Shown: positions 27,101 through 40,000 of the stretch, one piece after another
Numbering within the stretch: position 1 is the stretch's first letter
Layout of the letters: every line of letters begins with the position of its first letter
Source: Eledone cirrhosa
Taxonomy: Eukaryota
Assembly (NCBI GenBank): GCA_964016885.1
Contig: OZ024745.1
Location: 48,174,001-48,238,000, forward strand
Reading direction: 5' to 3'
DNA length: 64,000 nt
The notes under the pieces: generated by a model
The model's database searches: none
The model's input: the letters and a program-made list of their open reading frames with translations, nothing else
What the model was told of the DNA's origin: nothing
Translations under genes and position numbers: made by a program

Positions 27101-30100
27101 AATACTCATACTTACATATATATTTAAAAAAAACAATGAAGTTTTGTTTACATGTAATCACCTACATTATATATATATATATAATTGGTGTTGGATGCTT
27201 AAAGCGTCCATATGCGGTAGGAGGGCGTTTGAGCACTCGATGCTCTCATAGAGCAGAGTATTATATATATATATATTTATATATTTATTTTTATATATAT
27301 TGTTTCTTTAACAGTCTCTGAAAGATAATGAAAATAATCTCTCATCCGAAATTACCGTTCCAGTTGTGAAAATTGAAGATAATGAAATATCATTCAAAAA
27401 CCGTATGTAGGAAATTGTATTTGATCAAAATATTGACATCCTTATTAACTGCCTTCATTTTGATATTTTGCACTGATTTTAAATGTAAAAAGATTTTATA
27501 AATATATTTTTCAATTTTAACACTAAAAGATCCTATGTACAAGTATCTCATTAACATTTAGATCATAAGTTTATATATGTTAAATATATGACAGTGTAGA
27601 GTGGTGAGTTGGCAGAGTTGTTAGGATGTCGAATTAAAAATGCTTTAGTGTTTGTTCCAGCTCTCTGCACTCTTATTTCAAACGAAAGGCCGTTTCTACT
27701 GTCTCCAGCAATCCTGCAAACTGCTATCTTTCTTCCTGTCATTCCAATAGCAGTGCACATTCTCCAAATTGACTGAGCCAAAATCAACTGGAAATAGCTA
27801 TGCCTGCCATCCTTTCTCTCTGCACTTCTGCACAATATCTTGGTACTTGGCACTCTTTTATTTGAAATAATCCATAATTCTATTCTGTTCTTTTTTCAAT
27901 TCTGATTTTTAAATTTTTTATTTTCTTTTTGTACTAGGTTATTTATTTAGCAGTATTGTGAAAAGTGCCTTAACTGAACCTGAGAAATTGATACTTATGT
28001 CATATGGATCTGGAGAACAAAATATTATTTATATGGCACTAACAATTTATGCTTTGAAGTATATCAGAAATACTATCCAGATGGATGAAGAAATATTTAA
28101 TAATGGGAAGAAATTCATCAGAATGGGTAAAGTTGGTTTTATATAACATATATCTTAGGTGGTGGCTTAACAGAATCGTTAGAGCATCAGACAAAATGTT
28201 TAACAGTATTTGTTCCAGGTCTTTACATCTGAGTTCAAATCCTACTAAGGTCAATTTTGTCTTCCATCCTGCCAAGTTTCATAAAATATTGTGTAATCTG
28301 TAAATCCCTATATTTTCTTAAAATGGTGACAGAACACCTAGGAAATCCTATGTCTGACAACCTCCCTAATATGCATTAAGTATTTAGTTCCATCCCTTTA
28401 CATTTTGAGTTCAAATCTCCAGCTGAAGTTCATTTTGTCATTCATCCTTGTTGAGTCAATAAATTACAGTACCAGTCAAATACTGGAATTATTATAATGA
28501 TTATATAGGACAATGGATTAGCAGCATCAGAGCATCAGACGAATGTTTCATAGCATTTATTCCAGCTCTTTACATTTTGAGTTCAAATCTTGCTACGGTC
28601 AACTTTGAATCCTTCTGAGATCGATAAAATAAAGTATGAGTCAAGTAGTGGGGTTGATATTATTGACTTTCGCATCTCTCCAAATTTCTGTCCTTTTAAA
28701 TATCTCAGAAATCAGTATGTAACATATATAATACAGTATTATGGAATTATTGCATAATATATCTAAATACAGAATAACTCTTTAAATTCATTGAATTAAT
28801 TATATTATATTCTTGTTGTAGTGTCCTTGACTGGCCCTAATCTAACAGACTTGTGATCAAAGGTATTCTAGTCTTGATAATCTTGTCTTTTTAGGATATC
28901 TAAGACTAAGTTATCTAATGAATCCCACCTTTGGAGATGGTAAGGGTATCATTTGAAAGAGATTTAGCTGCTATTCTTCATATGTTGAGCATTCATATAG
29001 AGTTTCCCTCTTCTCGATATAATAGTTTCCTTGGACAGAACTAAAGTAAAAAGCAGGCCTAGGTAACTTGCAGCACTCAGAATTCATGTTACACTTTATG
29101 ATTTTTTTTGTATAGCATGGTATGATTATATAAACATATCAAATTTTTACGAAAATCTTGTAACCTAATTCACTCTTGCTTTGTCGCAATCAAATTTTTA
29201 GGATTTGCTTAGTGTAACATATGGCATTGTCTGTACTACATACAATGTTTTTAAAATTAATTATTTTTTTAGAAGTGTTGTCTGATTTTCCTAATTTATG
29301 GTGAACAATATTTCATAAAGTCTGCTGCTAGAGAAAAGTTGCTTACGTCTGGGGTAAAGAATAGCTGAATTCATAAAGGTCAATATACTAAGATAGAAAT
29401 AAATATTTGTAATTTAAATCTTGTGACTTTAGAAATTTATTTTAGTACGTCCTAGCAGAATGGCCTGGCGTTGCTCGGGATTTGCTCTAGGGTTCTTATA
29501 TATTTAATATATCGAGCCTCGTGAAATAAATGTTTGTTTATATTTTGTTATTGTGTATGCAAAAATATCTGTACACGAATATATAATTATATATATATAT
29601 TAAAATAACAGATTAAAGTTTAAGCAAAGATTCGCTGCTTTCACTCTTAACAGGATCTTCTGAAACTAAAAAAATCAATCTGTGAACACAGAAGTACATA
29701 TTTCGAAAAACGTTACACACTATATATACACGCACTATATATACATATATACACACATATAGCGTCATAATGTCGTAATGCAGACATCCAGACATACAGA
29801 CAGATATTATAAGGGCGTGACGTTGTAGCTATGTATCTATCTAAAAAGAGAGACTAAGAATTATAGAGAGAGATCGCTTTTTCGTCTAATGCAGTCTCTA
29901 GGGCATTGAAAATTTGAAATATGTTTTGCTCACAACACTCGCACGGCCATAAGTATTACATGTGTAAAGTTTGAAAACAATCGGTTGGGTGGTTCTCGAG
30001 TTTTAGGGAATCAGACAGATAGACATTCTCTGTTTTAGATATATAGATGACATATAGAGAGAGCTTCATAGAGGAATTTTGCAAGATGGAACAAGACTGC

Positions 30101-33100
30101 TTTCGGAATCCCTAAAGAGAGGGGTGTGTAAAGGAGCTTCTCTCAAGATTCAAAAGAGCTAAGAGGAAATGACAAAAGAAGGCAGCAAGTGGGAAGATAA
30201 TGTGCTGGAAAAGACCTGTCCAACCTTTTCAAGTATGGAAAAGCAGAAGTAAAAATCATGATGATGATGACGACGATGGTGATGATGATGTTTAACCTCT
30301 TGTTCTCAGCAATGCGCAAATAAAAAAAGTTTTCATTTTTGGAAATGGTTGTGTATGAATAGAGGGACACAACCCAGATATGAAGGGAGTTAAAAGGGAT
30401 GATTTGACAGGGATAAACTACTCTTACAAACAAAAATATTTGGATTTATTGTAGAAATTATTTAATTACATCATTCAAAATGTTGAATAAATTTTTTTTA
30501 AATAATCAAATTCATATTTTTCAGGTATTGAAAAACAGATGACTTATAGAAAAAATGATGGCTCTTATTCAACTTTTGAAAATACGGAATCAAGCACATG
30601 GTAATGATAAAGACTATTTGCATTAATTGCATTAATAACAGCAAAATGTGATTCAAGGCTTAATATTACTGAATGCATGAAATAACAATCATCATCATCA
30701 TCTTCACTATTTAACGTCTGTTTTCCCAGCTAGCAAGAGTTAGATGGTCTTCACAGAGTGAATCAGTACTCAAGTAGGGAGCATACTGATCCCACACTCT
30801 ACCGAGTACAATTTATCATGACACTAGCACTAGTGAGGTTGTTCTGTCTTTGATGTAGCTGAAGAGTCCTCCCAACCATTTGTTTGGCAGCTATTCTACA
30901 ACTGAATTCTCTTTCTATCACCAACCACTTTACAGAGTGAACAGAGGTTGGTAATTGGATATATATATATATATATATATACAATATATTAATAAATGGA
31001 AACTATATTTATAAAACCATAATTATTTTATTATATATATTTCAAGGGCGACCAAGGTAAATTATGGTGCGCTGAAGTGAGCGAAGAAATAAATTTTATA
31101 TGGTTGAGCAATCAGAATGTAAATATTCATTATGTTATGTTTATATTATTTATAAAGGTAAAGTTAAAAAATTAAATTAATGATAAAAAATCTTTACAAA
31201 AGAATAGTTATAATTTAGTTAAAAATTTAACCAGAAATTTAATTAAAATTTAATTAGAATTTAATTAAAATTTAATTAATTACAATAAGATATATTACAA
31301 AAAGAAGTATTCAAAAATTTAAGATGTATTAAGGTTTAGATGGGTATGTTATGTTATAGGTTATAAATTATTTGAATGTATAGTATTTTGCATTGGAAAA
31401 AACCAAGTATAGTTTAATTGATTAAAGTAAGTTTGGCTAAATATAATTTTGCCAGAGTTTATTAATAGTTATAAATCAAATCTTAAACATCAAATATTTA
31501 TGGAGATTTACGAGAGTTTAGAAAGGAAAAATTATTTAATTAGGAGTATATATTAAAACAATTTACAATTTCAACTATAAAAATTGAGATTATAAAAACA
31601 ATAAGGAAGTTTAAAGGAAGTTAAAAGGGATTTTTTAAAAACCCAAATGACTCAAAGGATAGATAAAAATCACTATGAAAGTTATAAGAAGTTATAAAAA
31701 GTCATCTTAAAATATAATTAAAATATTAGACATAATTATTCTACATATATATAAATAATATAAATGATTGGATATATATGAAAATATATAAGTATTAAAA
31801 ATAATTGGATATATATGAAAATACATAAGTATTAAACATGTTTAGAATATTGGAAGATGTAGGGGTAATGGAAGATATGAAAATATTGGTTTTTCGTATC
31901 TTTCAAAAGAATCTTTCAAAAACTTAATCATAAGTTTTACAAAAATTTCCAGGTGTTTCGAAGGAAATTTTTAGAATTTTTCAAAACATTTTCATAAAAG
32001 AATTTCTGGAGGTAGGATTGAAAAGTGCAATAATATAAGTATTAGAAAGTAAAGGTTTTAAGGAGTAAATTAAAATTAATAAGTGTACTTTATATATTTA
32101 GGAAGGTTAGAATTATATTGATATATATAATCTGAGGGAAGAGATTATAGGTGTTTGAATGTAGAAAACGTTAAGTAAGGAAGAATGAACATATATTACA
32201 TTTTATATATATATCTAAAAGTTGAGTTTAACGGATGTTTACAAGAACTAAATAAATTATTCCGTAAATTAATAGAGTTCTTAGATTTTAGTATAAAGAA
32301 TATTTCCTCTACGCAAAGGCTACAAAATTTGGATAGAGCTGTGTAAGATGGTGCTTTGGAGACAATATTCCAAGATAAAGAGTAGTTTATATTCTTGGAT
32401 TTTAAATTCCATAAGTTGGATAGAGAAGTTGAAGATCTTTTGGTAATATTCGTAAAGGAACATCTATGGTTATTGAAACGAGATTTGAAGTCTGCCAAAG
32501 TAGAGCCGACATAGTTGAAGGAATTATCTTTGGTTTTGACATTACAATTGTATACTATATTTTTAACTAAACAGTTATTATTTAGAGGACAGTTAGATTT
32601 ATGTTTTATAAATATAGTTTCCATTTATTAATATATTGTATATTTACTCCACTAACTTGTTGAGTGCTTTATATCAGTTATAAAAATGTTTAATCATCAT
32701 CATCATCATCAACGTTTAACGTCCGTGTTCCACGCTTGCATGGGTTTGGATGGGGGTAGTCCCACTTGATGCAAGAGTGATTGTCTTGCTCGCATAGGAC
32801 TGTCTGGCAGGTTTTCTACAGTTGGATGCCCTTCCTAACACCAACCACATTTACAGTGTGGGTCTGGGAGGTTTTTACCGTGTTGCCTACACGGCCACAT
32901 TACAGCGTGGACTGTGTGTTTTTTTGTCGTGACACCTACACGATCACATTTGTTTCGGCCTCGATGGCGCGGCACCAACATAACTTTACATAGAACGGGG
33001 TGGTGTGGATGGGGTGGGGGTGGTGGTGGTGGGACGGGGTGTATTTTGTTAGAGATGCCTACTGGCTGGAGTAGGTTTTACTATATATTTTTAGGTAAGG

Positions 33101-34698
33101 CGGGTCTTCTCTGTTACTGAGTACCGCCAAAGGTCTCGGTCCAGTGACATTGTCTTGGAGAGGTGTAAGTGTGTGATGTCGGAGTTTATCAGCTCGTCCC
33201 AGGTTTTTCTAGGTCTGCCTATTCCGTGACTACCGTCTATCTTTATTGTCCTGCACTTTGTTATACAGCTATCGACTTTCATGCGCATCACGTGTCCATA
33301 CCAACGTAGCCTTCTCTCGAGTAAACAACATCTGATCCCTCTTATCTCTAATTTTTTCCTTAGTTCGTTTATGCTTTGCCGTTCACGTATATTACTGTTA
33401 CACATCCAGCGGAGCATGCAAGCTTCGTTCCTCTCTAGTCTGCGTATATCCTCTGCACACAATGCCCAGGTCTCACTGCCATGCAGCATTGCTGTTCGTA
33501 TGCAGGCATCGTACAACCTGCCTTTCATTTTTAGGGAGAACCCTTTAGCAGCTAATAGTGGTATAAGCTCTCTGAACTTTTTCCAACCAGTTCTGACTCT
33601 AGCTACAGTACTTTCAGAGCACCCTCCCCCACTGCTGATTTTATCGCCCAGGTAACGGAAGCTGTCCACTATTTCTATAGAACCCTCTGCGCAATTGAAA
33701 GAGCTAGTATTTTGTGGGCACTTGCTGCTACTTATTGCACCAGAGCACCGGCCACATGTAAAATCTATGTTCTTAGTTAGCTTACCTGTGATCCCACTAC
33801 ATCTTTTATGCACCCATACTTTGCATTTAGGACATAAAATGGAGTTTCTACCTACGCCTTTCCTACACACCGAGCACGACCATTTCCCAGAAGGGACCGC
33901 CGCCTTGTTTTCTTTCCTACAAACTAGTACTTTGGTCTTAGCCAGGTTAATTTTAAGTCCTTTTGACTCTAGGCCGTGCTTCCATGTTTGGAATTTCTTC
34001 TCTAGCTCGGCCATTGATTCCGCTATGAGTGTCAGGTCGTCTGCGTATAGGAGTTCCCATGGGCAGCCTGTCTTGAACTCCTCTGTTATAGCCTGAATAT
34101 ATATATATATATATGATAAACACAAAACGTGTTTGCATTGCAACAGACAAAGTTAGCTATTAATGAAATAAACTAATTAAAGTGAATACAATTTGTCTGT
34201 CTCGATATAAGTCAATAAAGACAAGCTTATATTGGCAAAGGCCGTGATTCCTGGACAAATCTAAATTTCAAAATCCAAACCCGCTCCGTAGATGAATTTG
34301 AATTTCGAAACCTAAATATGTTTCGCAACGATGGTACGTGAATTGAAAAATAAAGAGAATCGAAATGGAATTGAAATAAAAAGTGAAATATCCAAATCTT
34401 CTGTGCTTATCAACAGGAACCCAGTAAAATTAGCATATCTCACCATCAAAATATTTTGCAGGTCTGACTACACATGTGTCTAGCCAGGCCAAAGTAGCCG
34501 TCCCGCATTCCCGGTGCTAGAAATAACAGCCGTTTGTGCGTTATTAAAGATCAGCTCTACAGTTAAGGAGCAATATACTATATTATAATTTGAGATTAAA
34601 CTCTCAGTCGTTTACAATAAATCAGCTCCAAGAAAGGCCCCTTTCTTGGAGCTGATTTATTGTAAACGACTGAGAGTTTAATCTCAAATTATAATATA

Positions 34699-34732
<34 letters not shown>

Positions 34733-37013
34733 CACAAGAACTTGCAAATAAATACAGTATGGAAATAGAGAAATTGTTTTTATTATTTCTATTAGGTTGA
34801 CAGCATTTGTATTGAAGATATTTTGTGAGGCATTAACTCTGCAAGAGATAGACAGGTCTGTCATATCGTCAGCATTTCTATGGCTACTTAAGAAACAAAA
34901 GAACAATGGTGCATTTAAAGAAGACAAATTGATTATTTATAAAGAAATGATGGTAAGTTTGTGATTTGGGAATTTCTAATATTGATTTGTTTGTGTTTTT
35001 AATTATCATTTTTTTTCTCAAATTATATACAAAACATTATACTATATATTTTTTTATTCAATTAATTTAAATGCCTGTATAGAGCTAGCAAGCCATGACA
35101 GACTATGAGAGGTGTCTAATAACCTTTCCAATTAAAAATCAAAAACAAGAGAGAAACAAAGAGAAAAAAGAAAGAAAGAAAATGAAACACGAGGCAAAAG
35201 AAACAAAAATAAGAAAAAATGTTAAAAAGCAGGGATAGCTATAAAGCAGTTAAAAGTTTCTGTTGAATCTTTTCATAGCCTCCTTATACTGAAAGATGTT
35301 GTTTATGATTGGTGGATCCTTGACAATATTTTGCACCTCTTGGTGAGTTTTTAAAGACAAATTTCAAAATGTCCTCTCTCACAGACTGGTAGTTTTTATA
35401 TTGGAACAAATAGTTCCAATAAAGTTTCTAGGTTGTCTCCACAAGAACATAGAGGTGACTCTGTATGGCCTGTTCATGATAAAATATAGTTCATGGTTGA
35501 AGCCAAAATAACATTAGTTTATTAACATACATTTTAAATTATAATCTTCCAACATAATTTTATATAAGAACCATATGTGGAAGTATTATCATGATAATAA
35601 AATGTTGAATCCATGGCAAATTTCTACAGCTGGATACTCTTTTTTATGCCAACCCATACTTTTCAGTATGGTAAGAGATTAACCAACTTAACAGCATTTT
35701 GGAGGTAAAGACACGCACAAATACACGCATATATACAAACAATGGGCTTTCACAGTTCCCATCTACCAAATTTATTCACAAGGTATTTGTTGGCCTGTGA
35801 TTATAGCAGAATACACTTAGCCAACAACATGCTTTATAAGAGAACTTCGAAATCACACAACCATAGTAGTAAAATAATAGTTTTGTAAATTCATCAAAAT
35901 TCTTTATTAATTAATGGAAATAGAGTATATTTCTTTAAAAGTACAGTCATAAAAGGGTTGAAAACGTATTTCAGCAATGATAATATGCATATATATATAT
36001 ATATAAAAAGTAAAAAAGCTTAGAGATATATTTAAAGATTATTTTTTTCTACAGAATGAATATTTTTATAATTGTTACATCAAATAGATTTAAAGTTTCA
36101 ATTTATATGTCAATCTTATCAAATAAAAAAAGGTTGTTTTCATATTCTGTGGGCAGTTAGAACATATGTGAATTTTCTGACAAAATGTCTTCTTATATAT
36201 AAGCACTTTGTGAAGTTTGGTGGTGGTGATAGAAGTGGAGTTGAACAGATCCGTGTTCAATTGATTCACCAGAAAATTCTCTTGAAACAGTAAATTTCTA
36301 TTCATAAATAATGGACTAAATGGCATTTCTTTATTCTGTAATTTGTACACACACACAACAAAGCAAAGAAATGCCACTATATATATATATATATGTGTTT
36401 TTTTTTGTTTTTTTTTAATCCAGGGAGTTATTTCTGATACTGGTTTAACAGCCTTTGTTTTAATTAGTTTCATGGAGTGTAAAGAAAATTTCCACCAAGA
36501 GGTAATTGTTTATTTGTTGCATTTTTAATAATGAATTATATTACATATATGTTAGTGTGTGTTTTTATTTATATATATAAACACACATGCCTCTGGTCGC
36601 ATTATTCATGATATCACTATTCCTTTAGTTTTTGTGTTCACTCTGAGAAGAGATTTGTCAATTACTCACTCATTGAGTGCTTTGTGACAGTCTCCGATGA
36701 TTCGATTGTTTATCTGCAAATTCGATTATACTCACTATTATATATATATAAATATACATATTAAGCTAACAGAAGTCTGATGAGCTTTTGATTCCAGAGT
36801 CAGGCCCGATCTATAGAGTTCGAACCTTGAACTGATTAATTGCAAAACATGTAACATACCTGAATAAACGTAATGAAAATTTGACACCTCATCCATAATT
36901 ATTATTAATATTACACTCTACTTGGTACAACGCCTGAGTACATACTGGAAACTACGCATCGAATGCTCACTTTGGTGAACCAACAGTAACTTGATGTTTC
37001 ACTCCCTAAAATT

Positions 37014-37044
<31 letters not shown>

Positions 37045-40000
37045 CACACAATGCAGATCTTGGGTACACAAGAGATGTAGTGGGATAGCAAGCAAACTAA
37101 CAGGTAGGGAGAAATACATATGCAGTAGATGTACAGGAAAATTAGATAGTAGAAGTCGCATTAATAGACATATTTTTCAAATGCAGGTGGGTGCTATAGA
37201 AGTGGTTGATAGCTTCCGGTACCTAGGAGATCATATTAGCATGGGAGGGGGGGGGGGGGGGGTTCAGAGGCCATAGTATCTAGAATAAGGACGGGTTTGA
37301 AGAAGTTTAGGGAGTTGCTTCCTCTGCTGACGAAAAAGGGTTTCTCCCTGCGTACGAAAGGCCGGTTATATGATGCCTGTGTGAGGAAAAATGAGGCAAA
37401 CATGCTCTGTTGGATGTGCAATGTCAACGTGCGTGAACGACCGAGCATAGATGTGTTGAGAGAGAAACTGTGTCTGAGAGGGATAGATTGTAGAGAGGAG
37501 ACTGCGATGGTATGGACATGTGATGCGCATGGAGGATGACCGATGGGTGAAGAAGTGCCAGGAAATGCCAGTTGAAGGAAGATGTGGTAGAGGTAGACCA
37601 CGAAAAACATGGGCGGAGGTGGTGAGAGCAGACCTTAGATTGCTGAAGCTCACAGTGGAGATGACGAAGGACCGTGATAAGTGAAGAGATGCTGTGCTGA
37701 ATAGGACCCGTCCCACCCTGGCAAGCAAGGAAAAGCAGACGTAAAATGATGATGATGATGATTATATGTATATATTTAAAAAAACTGGAAAAGAATGACT
37801 TCATTAAATTTAATTTTATAATATTATGATTTTACAATTTTTTAAAATATATCTTTAAATTTACCCTTCTAAATATACCTAACTGTACCAAGGATTTCAC
37901 ACATTTTCTAATATATATATATATATATTGTGTGTGTATGATGTGATAAACATTTTATGAGCTCTTTCTAAAGTTAATGTTAAATGTTAATGTTACATAG
38001 TAAGTTCAGCTTTGTGTCATTTTAAAATTTTCATATTTAAATTCAAGGAAATTTTTGATAGCTCAGTATTTTACATAATTTTTCTGTTTTTCATTTTCAA
38101 CAGATTCTTGAAAACGAACAGGTTATCATCCACTCCATTAAATATTTAGAACAAGAACTTAATAGAATTGAGGATGATTTAACATTATCAATTGTAACAT
38201 ATGCTCTGACCGTAACAAGAAGTAAGAACAGTACACATTCTTGGAATAAATTAGATGAAAAGGCCATATCAGAATCAGGTAGTAACATTTATCTTTGGTT
38301 CTCTCTTACTGTTTGAGATTGCATATTATATAATGTTATGATATTTGTTACAATGGACTGGTGATGTATATGTTACAATGGACTAGTGTATCAGTTGATA
38401 TACAAGAGGAGATCCATTCTGAATGAGAAACGGTGTTTCTTATTTATAATTGGTGAATGGCCCACTCTCTAAAGTTGTGCTAGAGTCATGACAAAAAGGA
38501 CCCAGTCCATACTGTAATGTAGTGCTTGTATCATAACAAAAAGGACCCAATCCATGTTGTAAGTGCTGGTGCCATGACAAAAAGTGCTCAGTAAGATGGA
38601 AGTGTCAGAATCATGATAAAATGCTCCCAGTGCATTACTGGTGCTTTATTATATCAACACTGTAAGGATAAAAGGCAAAGCTAACCTCTGTGGTATTGAA
38701 CCCAGAATGTAAAGGGTTATAACTCTATGCCACAAAGCACGTTGTCTGGCTCTCTATCTATACTGCCAATCCACTGCCCTTAAATATGGTAATAACGATG
38801 ACAGTGATTTGTGGTAACATTGAGATGACTGAGTCATTAGAGCATAGGACAAAATGCCTTTCAGGATTTGTTCTGAGTTTAAATCCTCCTCAAGGTCAAC
38901 TTTGGCTTTCATCCATTCAGTGTCAATAAAGCAAAGAACTAATCCATCATGGTGGATTGGTAAAATATTAATGCATTGGGTGAGATGCCTTGCTGTAATT
39001 ATCTCAGCTCTTTATATTCTGAGTTCAAATCCTATTGTGGCTTATTTAGGTGATAGACTTAATTCCATTGCCTGGCTTATCACCCCCATCTGGCACATGG
39101 GGACTTTTAATAGAAACCACTATGTTACAAGCATTCAAAGTAAGTCACTGGTTCCAAGATAACTTTATTCCTCTTTCTTTCTCAATAGTCTTAGTGATCC
39201 TGGCAAAGGTGGTGAGTACTATTGGCTACTATTCTTTATTCCCTAATAAAACAGTAAGAAAATAAATAACCAATGCAAGTGTTATATTCTTTGCAATAGT
39301 CATACTATGTGTGCATGTATTGTGGTGTGTGTGTGTTTGTGTGTAGTGGTATGTATGTATATAATGGTGTGTGCTTGTCTGTAGTGTATGTTATAGCAAT
39401 GACATGTATGTATATAACAGTGTTTGTGTATGGTACATGTATATAGTGGTGTGTGTTTGTTGTGTATGATGGATGTGATAGTAGTGGCTGCTGATCTTAT
39501 ATGGAACCAAACAAGATAATGAAAACAAAGAACAAAACAAAGAGGAAGAGAAAGAAAAACAAACAGGAAGAAGAAGAAACTACAATTTGTTGATGAGTAT
39601 AAACCTCAAATCCCAAAGACATCTCCTGAATTGAGGGCAGTGGCTGTATGGGTGTATTGTTATGTCTACCTACATTTCTAATGTTCTGAATTACTACACA
39701 TTATGTCAGACAGGCAGAAACCCAACACCCATGTCATGTCAACAAGAAAATAGTAAAATAAATAGAGAAATTAAATAGGAATAAAATCACAAATGAAATT
39801 ATATAAGTACCACACACAGAGACACATCACTATACATGCACATGAAAGGCTAAAACAGCAAACATAGCATTATACATATTCATGCCACTGCTATTACATA
39901 TACCAGAAACAGACTACTATATACAGATTCCAACACTAATACTATACACACACGTGTCACAATTATCACATACACCAAACATATACAGACTACAATATAC

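Noticed and set aside
28003-28011. Restoration of the thioester Cys or catalytic His by A-to-I RNA editing
   Set aside because: TCT to TGT needs C>G and TAT to CAT needs U>C; ADAR editing produces neither.
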